Assembly (NCBI GenBank): GCA_963720465.1
Contig: OY970393.1
Coordinates: forward strand, 1,920,001 to 1,984,000
Source of the DNA: Methanobacteriota archaeon
GTDB taxonomy: Archaea; Halobacteriota; Bog-38; Methanoflorentales; Methanoflorentaceae
DNA: 64,000 nt
Reading direction: 5' to 3'
The position numbers were made by a program, and so were the translations under genes. Positions 1-10,800 of the stretch are shown one piece after another. Under the pieces are notes generated by a model. It searched no databases, was not told the DNA's origin, and saw only the letters and a program-made list of their open reading frames with translations. Position 1 is the first letter of the stretch; the number at the start of each line of letters is the position of its first letter.

Positions 1-348
1 GATCTTTTCGAGTTCGATCCATTTCGCGCCGGTTACGCCGTGCCCCACGTGTGGAAATCCGCTCAAATACGCTGCTTCGAAACAAATGAGGAGCACTTGT
101 TTGTCCCACTCGGTGTTGGGATCATACGACACGTAAGCCTTGACCTGCCGAGAGATGGCGACTTTCACGTGCGTTTCCTCATAGCATTCACGCGCAGCGC
201 AGTCGTCCAAGCCCTCGCCGAGTTCCAGCTTGCCTCCCGGGAGTATCCAACGACCGGCCCAGTACCCGCCTTCTTGCTCCACCATCAGCACGAGGTTGCT
301 CCGTATCGTGCACGCCAAGCAGCTGGTCACGTACCTGCCGTTCATCAT
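1..348 (-). CDS. NUDIX hydrolase (runs off the window edge; not in the ORF track)
   Basis: Manual translation from ATG at 348: MMNGRYVTSCLAC...GRWILPGGKLELGEGLDDCAARECYEETHV contains a Nudix box (Gx5Ex7RExxEE); no stop before position 1. Confidence 0.85.
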   Translation of the reverse strand, partial: MMNGRYVTSCLACTIRSNLVLMVEQEGGYWAGRWILPGGKLELGEGLDDCAARECYEETHVKVAISRQVKAYVSYDPNTEWDKQVLLICFEAAYLSGFPHVGHGVTGAKWIELEKI

Positions 349-509
349 TTACAGTGAGTCAGAAGGGGTTTATTAAGTTACGCAAATGGCCTTACAGGAG
401 CCGAACTCGTGGCGAAGCGATGAGGCGCCGAGAAACGGTAGCAAGTAGCACTGCGGCAAACGTCGATGCATATATATTCATATTCGGATCAACATCCTAG
501 ATTGAACTA

Positions 510-758
510 ATGATGGGTCTAGAAGAGATCGAAGTTGACGAAGCCGTTGCTGCGTATATCAAAAAGCAACGAAAGGATTTTAGAGTAACGACGACGTGTT
601 CGGGCGCTCTTATTCTTCCTACGTCCATAAGCCCGCCTAAAGAGACTGATATTTCCATCCGCGTCGGCAACAATACGCTCTACGTCTCTATCTACCAGGC
701 GCGCTGGATCAAACGGATCGATCGGCGCATGCTCTACTACGTTAATTTGCAGGAATAG
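510..758 (+). CDS. small hypothetical protein
   Basis: 82-aa ORF with protein-like composition, TTCSG motif, TATA-like TATATATT near 471-478. Confidence 0.7.
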   Translation: MMGLEEIEVDEAVAAYIKKQRKDFRVTTTCSGALILPTSISPPKETDISIRVGNNTLYVSIYQARWIKRIDRRMLYYVNLQE

Positions 759-821
759 CTGCGCAGCTGCCACGAAGCTGCTGCTGGACGGCGTCCTTAT
801 TATTCGTCCGCCTTTTGCGCG

Positions 822-2046
822 CTATAGACCGATGCCCTCCGTCGTGTGGACCGCGCGCCGCATCTCTTCTTGTAATGCCGGCGGCACGCCTTTGATCTCG
901 ATGTCCAAGAAGCCGCGAACGATGGCAGACGTGGCCTCGTCTTCGCTGAGCCCCCGCGTCATAAGGTAGGTTATCTCTTCTTCTGCGATTTTTCCGACGG
1001 CCGCTTCGTGCGACATGTCGACGCCAGGCACCGCTCCGTCGAGTTCGGGCACCGCAAAAATCCTGCCGTGGTCTCCCAGAAGCAGTCCACGGCATTCAAG
1101 ATGTCCTTTTACGTCAGGGTGCAGCCCGGTAAGATTTCCCCGTGAGATGATCTCGCCGCCGTTCGTGATCGTTCGTGCGATGACGTCTGACTTGCACTGC
1201 GCTGCTTCCAGGATCACCCGTGCACCGACGTCCATGTGGGAACCGTCTGCCGCGTACAGCAGTGAGGATGACAACGCGGTGGCGTTCGAGCCGACGCAGC
1301 GGAGCACGGGGTACATCTGCAAGCTTCGCACGGGCTTCAAGCACACGTAGTTGTTGATGAACGTCGCGTCCTTCTCGATGATGGCGCCGCTCCTCGGGCG
1401 GACTGCCACCTCAGGACCCCAGTTATGGATCATCGTAAAGGAAAGAGTTGCTCCCTCCTTGACAAAAAACTCGGAAACCCCGATGTGGATGCCGTGAGCG
1501 AGCTCGTCCGCGGTTCGGCAGCCCGATATGATGTGCAGCTCTGAACCCTCTTCGGCGATGATGATGTTGTGTACGTTTTGTGACAGGCTCTCTTGAGCCA
1601 GAAACATGCACGCCTGGATCGGCATGATGATCTTCGCGCCCGCTTTTGCCCTTATGAAATAGCCGTTGCTGAACTCGAGGGCCGCCTGGGCGGTGTACTT
1701 GTCAGCGTCAACCGAAACTGCTTTCCACCAGGTCCTCTTTGAGTCCGTCGTACTTGTCGAGCGCGTCGGTCACGCTCAGCACTTCGAGGTTCTCTGCCGT
1801 TGCCTTGGAGTAGACGACGCTTGTGTCAAGCTGGAAAAACGATCCCGACCGGTCGGTCTCTTTGGCATCCACCCCCACACCCAGCGACTGGCTCTGATAG
1901 TTCGGGGGGAGCGTCTGAAGCGTGGGCACCGTCTTGTGAGCCGGGGCCTTTGACGTGTACTGTTCAAGCGGTATGTCGGGCCCATATGCCGCCTTCTTCG
2001 TGCGGGCTTTTTCGGCGCGTTCGGTCAGTTCATCTATCTCGGACAT
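822..2046 (-). pseudogene. sufB: Fe-S cluster scaffold SufB/SmsB, split by one extra base near 1731 (possibly a sequencing error)
   Basis: C-terminal ORF has SufB motifs (KGHLECRGL, SHEAAVGKI, YLMTRGL); the N-terminal ORF MSEIDEL...KYDGLKE continues in the +1 frame as WWKAVSVDADKYTAQ...IMPIQAC; 1225 bp = 3n+1. Confidence 0.85.
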
Positions 2047-2771
2047 TTGACACACTCCTCATAGCCGAGCTCACATATGTCGTGGAGGAGCTCTCCCGGG
2101 TTGCCCGAACACGCGATTTGACCGTCAACGAGAACGTGCGCCTTGTCCGCCTGCACGATCTGTAAGATGCCTCCGGCGTGCGTTATGATGAGCCCCGCTT
2201 TACGTCGCTCGCGCGAGCGTTTGTCCCGCTCGAGCAGCTTGTTTATCGTCTCTCCGACGAGCGCAATATTTTCAAGATCGACGCCCGAATCTGGCTCATC
2301 GAGCAGCACGAGGTCGGGGTTTTGAGCAAGGAGCTGCAGCAACTCCGTGCGCTTCACCTCCCCGCCTGAGAACCCGAGATTGACGTCACGCGTGAGAAAA
2401 TCCGGCGGGATATGAATGGTCTGGGCGACTTCTTCAGTATTAAAGGCACGGTTGCCGTGTTGCGCGGCAATCTCGGTCAGGTCCTTCAGCTTCACCCCGT
2501 GGATGGCCGGCGGGTGTTGAAACGAGAGCCCGATCCCGAGCCGTGCCCGCTCGTTAATGGGCAAATGGGTAATGTCTTTCTTCTTAAACAGGATTCGCCC
2601 CTCGGTTACGCGGTAGCCGGGAAATCCCATAATGGTAAGCACAAGCGTGGTTTTCCCTGAGCCGTTTTGACCGAAAAGCGCGTGGGTCTCTCCTTCGTTG
2701 ATGTTGAGGTCCAATCCCTTCAGTATGCTCTTGCCATCAACATCAACGTGCAAGTTTTGAATATCGAGCAT
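2034..2771 (-). CDS. sufC: Fe-S cluster assembly ABC ATPase SufC/SmsC
   Basis: GQNGSGKT Walker A, RDVNLGFSGGEVKR signature, LLDEPDSGVD; directly upstream of sufB. Confidence 0.93.
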   Translation of the reverse strand: MLDIQNLHVDVDGKSILKGLDLNINEGETHALFGQNGSGKTTLVLTIMGFPGYRVTEGRILFKKKDITHLPINERARLGIGLSFQHPPAIHGVKLKDLTEIAAQHGNRAFNTEEVAQTIHIPPDFLTRDVNLGFSGGEVKRTELLQLLAQNPDLVLLDEPDSGVDLENIALVGETINKLLERDKRSRERRKAGLIITHAGGILQIVQADKAHVLVDGQIACSGNPGELLHDICELGYEECVKCPR

Positions 2772-2822
2772 GTTTTCTTTCCACCTTTGCTTAGTGCTGC
2801 GCGGCAGCCGCGCAGTCTCTCG

Positions 2823-3995
2823 TCACGATCCGTCCTTGTGCGTGTCGTAGGCGGGGTTCAACACGTCTTTGTACACGTCGCCACCGTCTATAACGACCTC
2901 AGGCCAGATAGAGACGCCCGAGTGCACTGTAACGAAGTCATACACAAGGACTCGTGGACCAATGACCGTATTGTTTTCGAGAACGCAATGATCCCCTATT
3001 CTCGTGCCGTTGTCGACGATGGAACCAGAGACGGACGTATGAACACCGATCTTCACATCATCGTAGATGATTCCGGAAAGCACTGACGTATTGTCGGCGA
3101 TGTCGCAGTCGGAGCCGATCGTCGTATAGGGGCTAATCAAAACATTATCGCCTACGGTGGTGTTCGCGCCGATTACCACGGGACCCACGATGGCGGAGTT
3201 TGAGCCAATGCAAACGTCGGTTCCGATTGTCGCGGGGCCATTCAAGCGCGCGTCTTTGATATTGAAGCGCCCGGCGATCTCTGTTCCGCGCAGATTGTCG
3301 AGCAGCCATCTCGACGCTTGCCTGTACGCCGTCGCGTTTCCAATGTCGGTCCAGTGGCCGCGCGCCATCCACGCCGACATGGGTTCGTGTGAACTCAACA
3401 GCTTCGGGAAAAGATCCTTGGCAAAGTCAAATCTCTGCTTGGGGATGTGGTTGAAGAGTTCCGGATCGCACATGTAGATCCCCGTGCTTGCGAGGTTGCT
3501 GAATATCTCGCCTGAGCTCGGCTTTTCCCTAAACCGATGGACGCGATTGTTGACGTCGATGTCGAGGATGCCGTATTCCCGGGGGTCATCGATGGACATC
3601 ACCCCTACCGTGAGCATGCTATCGTTCTTTCGGTGGAACTGATAGAACTCGCGAAGGTTGAAGTCCATGACGTGATCGCCCCCGACGACGAGAAACGGTC
3701 CGCCGTCAAGAGCGTTCTTGGCATTCTTGACGCTCCCTGCTGTGCCGAGCTTCTTTTTCTCGCGAATATAGCGTATTTCCACCCCAAATTTTGCACCGTC
3801 TTCGAGGTACTCCTCAATATTGCGGCCGAGGTACCCGAGCGTGATGACGATGTCATTGAAGCCGTTTGCTGAAAGGTGTTCGACGAGGTGGCCAACGGAC
3901 GGTTTGTTGAGCAGCGGGATGCTCGGCTTCGGTCGTTCGAAGGTCAATGGTCTGAGCCTCGTCCCGGCCCCACCGCACATAATGCACGCTTTCAT
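2823..3995 (-). CDS. NDP-sugar synthase (mannose-1-phosphate guanylyltransferase family)
   Basis: MCGGAGTRLRPLT...PKP, LGTAG, WTDIG and a C-terminal hexapeptide beta-helix. Confidence 0.9.
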   Translation of the reverse strand: MKACIMCGGAGTRLRPLTFERPKPSIPLLNKPSVGHLVEHLSANGFNDIVITLGYLGRNIEEYLEDGAKFGVEIRYIREKKKLGTAGSVKNAKNALDGGPFLVVGGDHVMDFNLREFYQFHRKNDSMLTVGVMSIDDPREYGILDIDVNNRVHRFREKPSSGEIFSNLASTGIYMCDPELFNHIPKQRFDFAKDLFPKLLSSHEPMSAWMARGHWTDIGNATAYRQASRWLLDNLRGTEIAGRFNIKDARLNGPATIGTDVCIGSNSAIVGPVVIGANTTVGDNVLISPYTTIGSDCDIADNTSVLSGIIYDDVKIGVHTSVSGSIVDNGTRIGDHCVLENNTVIGPRVLVYDFVTVHSGVSIWPEVVIDGGDVYKDVLNPAYDTHKDGS

Positions 3996-4112
3996 CGATG
4001 TCCCTCAGCTTCGTTCGTGCCTCGAGTTCGAGAACTTACCCTCGGGGTCGTCAGTTTCATAATAGAGATGCATTTATGAGCCTTAAAATATTGCCTTTAT
4101 GGATGGCATCGA

Positions 4113-4604
4113 TTAAAAGATGCCGTCTTCATTGATATTATCGATTATGGAATCACGCGCGTTGAGCTCGGCAATCGAATCGACGTAGCGTTCGAGGTGA
4201 ACGATAAAATCCTCAAGCTTGTCGAAAGGAACGATGAAGCAACCGCCCTCACTGAGAAGCGCATCGTCTATCCAACTCACGATGACGGGCACACTGCTGA
4301 GAGAAAACGTCCGATCAAACTCGCTGCAGCGCGCGAGGTGTTTTCGCGCTTGTGCCCTGATGGATGAGCTTCGGGGCCGAGCTTTGCCGTACCGCTTGGC
4401 GTCGATGAGCACGGTGGTATCGAAGCGGTGAGCGACGACGTCGATTTCGTGGCGCCTTCCGGCTGCCACGAAGACCTTCCTGAAATCCGTTGAGAAGCCG
4501 GCGCACTCGAGTACGTCGCGGGTCTGTTCCTCAAATTCCTGCCAGGTAGGCTGCGTGTCTGTTAGATCAGCCGCTTCTTGCTCGCCGAAGAGCGCAAGCA
4601 CCAT
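4113..4604 (-). CDS. restriction endonuclease-like (Mrr-type PD-(D/E)xK) protein
   Basis: WQEFEE...HEIDVVA...LIDAKRY pattern. Confidence 0.75.
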   Translation of the reverse strand: MVLALFGEQEAADLTDTQPTWQEFEEQTRDVLECAGFSTDFRKVFVAAGRRHEIDVVAHRFDTTVLIDAKRYGKARPRSSSIRAQARKHLARCSEFDRTFSLSSVPVIVSWIDDALLSEGGCFIVPFDKLEDFIVHLERYVDSIAELNARDSIIDNINEDGIF

Positions 4605-4607
4605 GGG

Positions 4608-5015
4608 TTACTCCGTGTCTTCTCCCTCATCTTCCGCGTGCTCGTCTTCAATGTCTTTTGCGGCGTTGCGGAGGCTCGTGGCCATCTCATTTTTCAGAAT
4701 TGCAATCTCCTTGTCGACGTCCACCATTGGCTTTGGCACGTCTTTGTGAGATTTGACTGGCACTTTGGTCGGTCGTCGCCTGCGTCGGGTGCGTGTGTCG
4801 GTACTACCCTCTAGGTCGGCAAGCTGTTCGACGGCCGCCTTAAGTGCTTGTTTGGCGAACGAGAGGAGCGTATCGTTGAACCTGCCGCGTGATGGCGGTT
4901 CTTCTGTTTTTAAGAGTTCATACACGACGAGCATGCGAAGCTCTTTGATATCGCTCTTGAGCTCGCGAACCTCTTTGATGAGCGTGTCAATTCTTTCGTC
5001 GTTGGCAGCGGCCAT
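4608..5015 (-). CDS. hypothetical protein
   Basis: 135-aa ORF with coiled-coil start and acidic tail; ATG overlaps the cdc6 stop (TAATG). Confidence 0.7.
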   Translation of the reverse strand: MAAANDERIDTLIKEVRELKSDIKELRMLVVYELLKTEEPPSRGRFNDTLLSFAKQALKAAVEQLADLEGSTDTRTRRRRRPTKVPVKSHKDVPKPMVDVDKEIAILKNEMATSLRNAAKDIEDEHAEDEGEDTE

Positions 5016-6190
5016 TACGTATCCGTCCCCGCAAGCACGCTGAGTACATCCTCCGGCTCGTACCTGAGCTGAATCTCTCGCGTTCGCCCGCGTGTTCCTC
5101 TCCCTGTAAAATCGGTATTAATGAGTCGAATTGAATCAAGCTTTGAGATAATGTCATAAAATCGCGTGTAGCCGAGATGCGTCTCTTCATTGAACTTCTT
5201 GTAGAGGTCCCCGGCCTTTATCTTTGCCTCCTGCTCTGCTATCAGTTTGAGGAGGTCTCGCTCTTCCGCGCGCAACGAGTGTATGGAGTATGTGAGGTGT
5301 ACGAGGCGCGATTTTTCGTGTGAGTGCACCACGTCGTCTGCGGCGATATATTTTCGAGCGCTTATCTCCGCCCGCACTCCCGTTTTTCTTAGGAGGTCGA
5401 TCCCGACCCGCAGGTCACTTGACTCCTCTACAAGATCAACGACCATCTCGAGCACGTCGTCCGGCACCACGTTTGCATAGAATCCGTGCCGCACGCGGTC
5501 TTCCAGTATGTCGTGCACCTCGGCACGCTTGTACAGCGGGAAGTATATCTCCTCGGGAAGAAAGACCGACATCACGCGTGGATCGAGCGCCTTTGACATC
5601 TCAACGGACAGGTCGCTTGATATTGCGATGACCCCCACCTTGACCTCCGCTGACACCTCGTGAGCCCGCAGGAGCGCATACAAGACCTTGTTTACCGTGT
5701 TCTCATAGAACAGATAGTTGATATCATCAAGCGCGACAATGAGCACCTTTTCCTGATCGATGAGATATTTGGTAATCTTCTTGAAGACGCGCTTGAATGA
5801 AACCCCCGAGTCGGGCGGCGTATACTTGAAGAGTTTCTTATAAATCTCTGAGAATATCGCAAACCGAGTCGCATCGATCTGACAGTTTACGTATACCGGC
5901 ACGACGCTGTCGGTGTAGTTTTCGATCTCTTCGAATACCTTCAGTACGGCCGTGGTCTTTCCGGTGCCGTGAGGCCCTGAACACAGACAGTTGATGGGCC
6001 GCGCACCCCGCAGTGCCGGTCGGGCGGCGATCTTGAGCGCGCACATCTGCGTGTCTCGATGAGAGAAGTGTTCTGGAATGTAGTCTAATTCAAAATAGCG
6101 CTCATCCTTGAAGAGCGTCTGATCCCACTGCAGCAAATCCTTTGACGGTAGTTTCTGAGGCACGTCACTCGTTAAATGGTCACGTTGCAT
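5015..6190 (-). CDS. cdc6: Orc1/Cdc6 DNA replication initiator family protein
   Basis: DYIPEHFSHR, GPHGTGKT Walker A, VYVNC, ALDDIN, C-terminal winged helix with GRGTRGRTREI. Confidence 0.93.
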   Translation of the reverse strand: MQRDHLTSDVPQKLPSKDLLQWDQTLFKDERYFELDYIPEHFSHRDTQMCALKIAARPALRGARPINCLCSGPHGTGKTTAVLKVFEEIENYTDSVVPVYVNCQIDATRFAIFSEIYKKLFKYTPPDSGVSFKRVFKKITKYLIDQEKVLIVALDDINYLFYENTVNKVLYALLRAHEVSAEVKVGVIAISSDLSVEMSKALDPRVMSVFLPEEIYFPLYKRAEVHDILEDRVRHGFYANVVPDDVLEMVVDLVEESSDLRVGIDLLRKTGVRAEISARKYIAADDVVHSHEKSRLVHLTYSIHSLRAEERDLLKLIAEQEAKIKAGDLYKKFNEETHLGYTRFYDIISKLDSIRLINTDFTGRGTRGRTREIQLRYEPEDVLSVLAGTDT

Positions 6191-6309
6191 GCTATTTAAT
6201 GTTATCCTGCCCTACGTGGAGGTATTCTCCGCTCCAGGCGAATGGCGCCAATTAAGAAGCTCCAAAGGCGTAAAAATTCCTTTCACGTGATTTCTGAACG
6301 GGTAAGCGG

Positions 6310-6341
6310 AAAAAAACGACCGAATGCCCGGCGGGGCATTC
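6310..6341 (-). terminator. hairpin plus T-tract, putative terminator
   Basis: GAATGCCC-GGCG-GGGCATTC perfect 8-bp stem (6322-6341); on the minus strand it is followed after 5 nt by T7. Confidence 0.45.
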
Positions 6342-6613
6342 ACCGAGCATGCCACGGACCATCACAGACGTGAATGCCATTACTTTCACAGCGCTCGTGC
6401 CATGCGCTTATCCTTCATAGCTACGTCGGCATATTCGGTGAAGATCCATGGTAAGTGAGACTTTTCGCGGGCTTATCGAACGTGCGGATTTCTATGCAAG
6501 GCGGGAGAAGTTCCGCTCACGTGACGAACGCCGTCGTGATCTGGAAGGGACGGAACGTCCTGTACTCGTTCATCCGTAGCCGCCGCCACGTTTCGGTTTA
6601 GACCGTTAATCTC

Positions 6614-7723
6614 CTATATCAAGTTCTCTTCGCGTGTGATCCACTTCTCGGGCCGGGCTACCTCTTCGAGCGTCGGTACATCGTGCGGAGAGCGCCAGAC
6701 CCTGTTAACGAATTCGATCCCCCGACTCGTTGCGATGTGCGAAACGAATCGCTCTCCAAGAACATACTGCTCCATCTTCAAGCCAAGTCCCGTTGCGCGC
6801 TCAAAGAGCATCTCTCTCCCGCTTTTGCGCCTTCTACGGAGTTCAAACTCACGCTTCATGTAACTGTACGTAGCGAGCATCTCTTTGCCGACCTTGTCCA
6901 TGACAAAATCCGAATAGCCCTCGATTACGCTCATCAGAGCTTGAATCTGATTGATGAGTCCTATCTGCTCGCTCGAGAGCGCCGCGTGCATAAGTGAGAC
7001 CTGTCTCCGCCGCGCGTAATGACTCGCGACGGCGCGGGCCCGCGACTGGAGCCCTTCTGAAGTGAGCCCATCATTGGTCGCCTCTAAGTACCGTTTGAGA
7101 AGCTGGTTTAGATGGTCATTGAGCCACGGCACCGACTCGAAGACGACCGCGTGAGTGGCTTCGTGGATGGCTATCCACCGTCTAAAGTCATCTCCTGAAA
7201 ACGACAGTTGGCGCTCGACGATCTCTATGTTAGGCTCCACAAAATAGATTTGGCCACTCACAATTTCGCGGCCGAAAAGGCTCGGGTCATACTGGCCGAG
7301 CACTTTCTTTGCGAGGTAGCCGAGAAGAAGGCCGAGACCGACCGTCGAGATGACCTGATTCGACTTGTATACGCCTTTGCTTATGAGCGAACCACTTTTT
7401 TGCGTCACGAGCGCTTTTTCCAGCGGGGCGAGCTGGTCTTCGAACGCCGTGATGTTCGTATTGATCCAGTCATATCGGTCGAAGACCCGTACCTCGCGAA
7501 CGCTCGGCGCTTGAAGCCCTGTTAACTCAACGATCTGGGGCGTTGGCTCGCTCACGAAAGTTTCGTAGGTCGGCAGAAGCCGTCGTTTCTCTTCATAGGT
7601 CCACCTTTCAGCGTCGCCGACGTTTGCCGCATTTTGTGCGACCTGCCTCCAGTCAATGGGGCCTTCGGGCGAGCGCAAGAATTGGAGACCGGTGTTTAAT
7701 ACCAGTTTGGGAATGTCCACCAT
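6614..7723 (-). CDS. zinc-dependent metalloprotease, zincin-like (DUF2342/F420-associated type)
   Basis: VLGQYDP, WIAIHEATH (HExxH), MSVIEGYSDFVMD, KMEQYVLGERF. Confidence 0.85.
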   Translation of the reverse strand: MVDIPKLVLNTGLQFLRSPEGPIDWRQVAQNAANVGDAERWTYEEKRRLLPTYETFVSEPTPQIVELTGLQAPSVREVRVFDRYDWINTNITAFEDQLAPLEKALVTQKSGSLISKGVYKSNQVISTVGLGLLLGYLAKKVLGQYDPSLFGREIVSGQIYFVEPNIEIVERQLSFSGDDFRRWIAIHEATHAVVFESVPWLNDHLNQLLKRYLEATNDGLTSEGLQSRARAVASHYARRRQVSLMHAALSSEQIGLINQIQALMSVIEGYSDFVMDKVGKEMLATYSYMKREFELRRRRKSGREMLFERATGLGLKMEQYVLGERFVSHIATSRGIEFVNRVWRSPHDVPTLEEVARPEKWITREENLI

Positions 7724-7836
7724 ACTTATCTACTCATTGTGATCCGAGACGTGTCACGGACAGCGGTTTTGAGCCCGCATTGCGCGTCAAAGTCCGTCGC
7801 GACGTGAGAAAGCGCTCGGGCCTGTGACAGGAGCTG

Positions 7837-10800
7837 CTACATGAAGTCGACCAGACCCATCTGTTTTGAGGCATCGCTCTCAAACAGAGAGTCGACCGAC
7901 ATCTCAAGGAGCATAAGCCGTTGACGCGTGTACTTTGAGACGCCATAGTCGTTGGCAATCTGGATCGAGCGTGCCATATACTTTGTCACCGTGCCTTCGT
8001 GAACGGTGAGCACGATCTTACCGCCGCATTTTGGACAGTTGCCGCTGATGGGCGGCCGCCGTACCTTGTAATTACATTTCACGCATCGCACCTTCTGGCG
8101 TGAGAACGCCCTAAGATTGCCAATCAGATCGGGAAGGAAATGCGTCTTGATAACGCGCTCTGCGACGTCGCGCTGGTCTACCGCCCGTATGCGACGAGCG
8201 AGCTCAAGCTGGGCCTCCATCTTATCCATCATCGATTCGAGCACCTTGTAGGTGCTGTTTAGGGGACCGAGCGAGATCGACGAGGATTCATGGGTAAACC
8301 CAAAGCCGGTGTACTCGGCGTCTGTGCCCAACCGAGACGCCACGGTCGCAATGTGAACGCGCTTCGGATCTTCAAAGCCTAGCGTAGCGCGGTAGAACTC
8401 GAGCGGGTAGTGGTCGCTTATGTCGAGGTTGTGCGCCTCAGCATCGATCTCCTTGGGGTCGATCCGCGTGGTCAATACTAGTGGGGCGTCCATCTTGCCC
8501 CCGCGACGATCAGGAAGATACGACAGCGAGAAATTCAAGAGCCCGTCGAGAAGAAGCACGACGCAGTCTTCATCGCCGTCACAGTTTCGTCGCTTTGACG
8601 CGTGGAAGAACGGATGAGCGAAGCCTGCCGAAGCGGGGGTAAAACCTATGACGCGGCCTAGTACGCCGGCGCTAGTGTGCGGCGCTAGTCCGATCACTAG
8701 CGAACCGATGAGATCCTCTTTTGTTTTTGCTTCATAGTAAGGGGGCTGTCTATAGTACTTCACGAGCAGATCGTCGATGAAGTTAGACACGCGGACAAGC
8801 CACTCGCCACAATCTTGGGAAAGGATGAGGTCTTGTGGCGCAAGTTCGACGACATCGTCATCATCCGTCACGTCGTATCCTAAGTCGCGAAGCTTGCTCG
8901 TCGGAACTGAGATCTCCCGTGGCGTGAAGTGTGTGGTGGGCAGGTCGGTCAAATCGTACCTGCAGGTCCCGTCCTTGAACACAAAGATTTCGTGTTTTGC
9001 GCGCAACACGCCTTTTTCTATGGGCTCAGGCGTTTTGTTCTTAGATATTAGGCCCAATACACCTTTAAATCTGTCAAATCGTGCCGTTTCGTCAAGTCGA
9101 ATGAGCGCCTGCTGGTAGACTTTTCGCAGGTCGATGGACTGGATCCGATGACTCACTCCCTGTCTGTGACACTTTGGACACGTGGTTCCGTTCCGCAGAT
9201 CGCGCGAACACGTCGGACAGAACGTGACAGGCTCCGCGAATGCTCCGCATTCGCAGCGCGTTTGGTAGGTTTCGTTCAAGCACGTCGGACAACGGCGGAC
9301 GCCTATGTCTACGTCGATTATGCCGAGGTACTGCACGTCGATTTCCGACGCGCGTTCGGCGGCCGCTTTTGATGAACCCGCCGCCCTTCGAAGGGATCGG
9401 TCGCGCCCGCCTGCATTACCGATAGGGAAAAGCACGTGCGGGGGAGGCTTCATCTCCCGGGCTTTTGATTTCTCCGGTCGCCCCATCCGTCCTCCGATCC
9501 TTGAAGGCGCCCGTTTTCGGACTTCGATCCCGCTCAGGAGCGTTACGGCGTCAATCGGAGATTTGATGCGGGGGCTTTTTAGTGAAAACCAGTCCTTGCT
9601 AAGCGACTCACTGAGCCCAAGATTCGTGATGAACGCCGCTGCGTCCTCAATCACCACGCTGCCCTCAGCAACGACGTGAGGGACGAGGAGCGCTTCGAGC
9701 AGTTCCTGTGTCTTGGGGTCGCCAGGCACGATGAGTTCGACCGGCATGTCAGATGCATCTGCGGCGTCCCCCGATGGGGTGCCCCCTGCTATTCTACCCG
9801 TTTGGCTGACGACCTCGGCCAGCTGCGCGAGCTCATTGAGCGTTATGTCGTGCCACAAATAGGTAAACTTCGGGTGCAGCGGGATGCCGAAGTGCCGCGA
9901 AAGCTGCAGCGCGCGGGACGCGGTAAGCTCCTTTACGTCAACGGCGGGGACGGCCTCGTTCAAGCGTGTTGCCGCCTCCTCCATATCTTGTATCCACCAT
10001 TCGTGCACGTAGGGTGAAGGAATCAGTGGATGGTTATTGCCGAGGAAGTCCCCATAGTTTACGAGAATCTCTCCGAGGTCGAGTATCTCGTCGATGTCGT
10101 TTTTATGCGTAAGCGCCGCTTCGTACGAATCGATGCGGACGACGGTTCCGTTGTAGAGTTTTACGGTCGGTCCTTCGATTGAATCGACTGAGGAAATCCC
10201 GGCAGCCTTACCGGGCCGCTCCATCTTCAGTTGCGTTCCTGGTGCTAAGAATTCACCGAGCACGACCATCGTCGCGGGGTTGATTCCTGCAGAAGCAAAG
10301 CCCGTGTTGCGCGCTCGTCCGTACCGAAGCCGAAAGCCCCCTTTGCGCGAAGGATGCGAGAACACGGGTCGACCTGCGATGATGTCTTCCATGTACGTCC
10401 AGCTTGGGGCAATTTTGGTCTCGCCGGCGCGCTTCTTCACTTTTGAGCTTCTTTCTCCCTCTTCTTCGGCCACCTTAGCGGGAATAATTTCGTCTAGCCA
10501 CTCCCACCCGTCGAGTCCGAGCTGAGATACGTACTTCTTGAGCTTTGGCGCTTTCTGAGCCAGCCCCTCTGCCAAAACGAGCGCCATGCCGCCACGAACC
10601 GCGTTCGTCTTTACCCTGTCGAGGTTTCGAAAGCCTGAAACCTCCTCCTGTTCTGTTCCTTCGCCGTTGACGCAGATGGGACAATTCGTCACGATGGTTC
10701 TGATGTCACTGGCCGAGGGAGTATATTGCAGGTTTACGAGCGTCTTGTAGAGTGGAATCTCTTCCACATATCGTTCAACCTCCTCGTCCCGCGGCACGTA

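Noticed and set aside
40-357. + strand 105-aa ORF
   Set aside because: Shadow of the minus-strand NUDIX gene
6495-6530. RNase P RNA-like GGGAGAAGTTCCGCTCAC
   Set aside because: No matching 3' P4 strand or enclosing helix found
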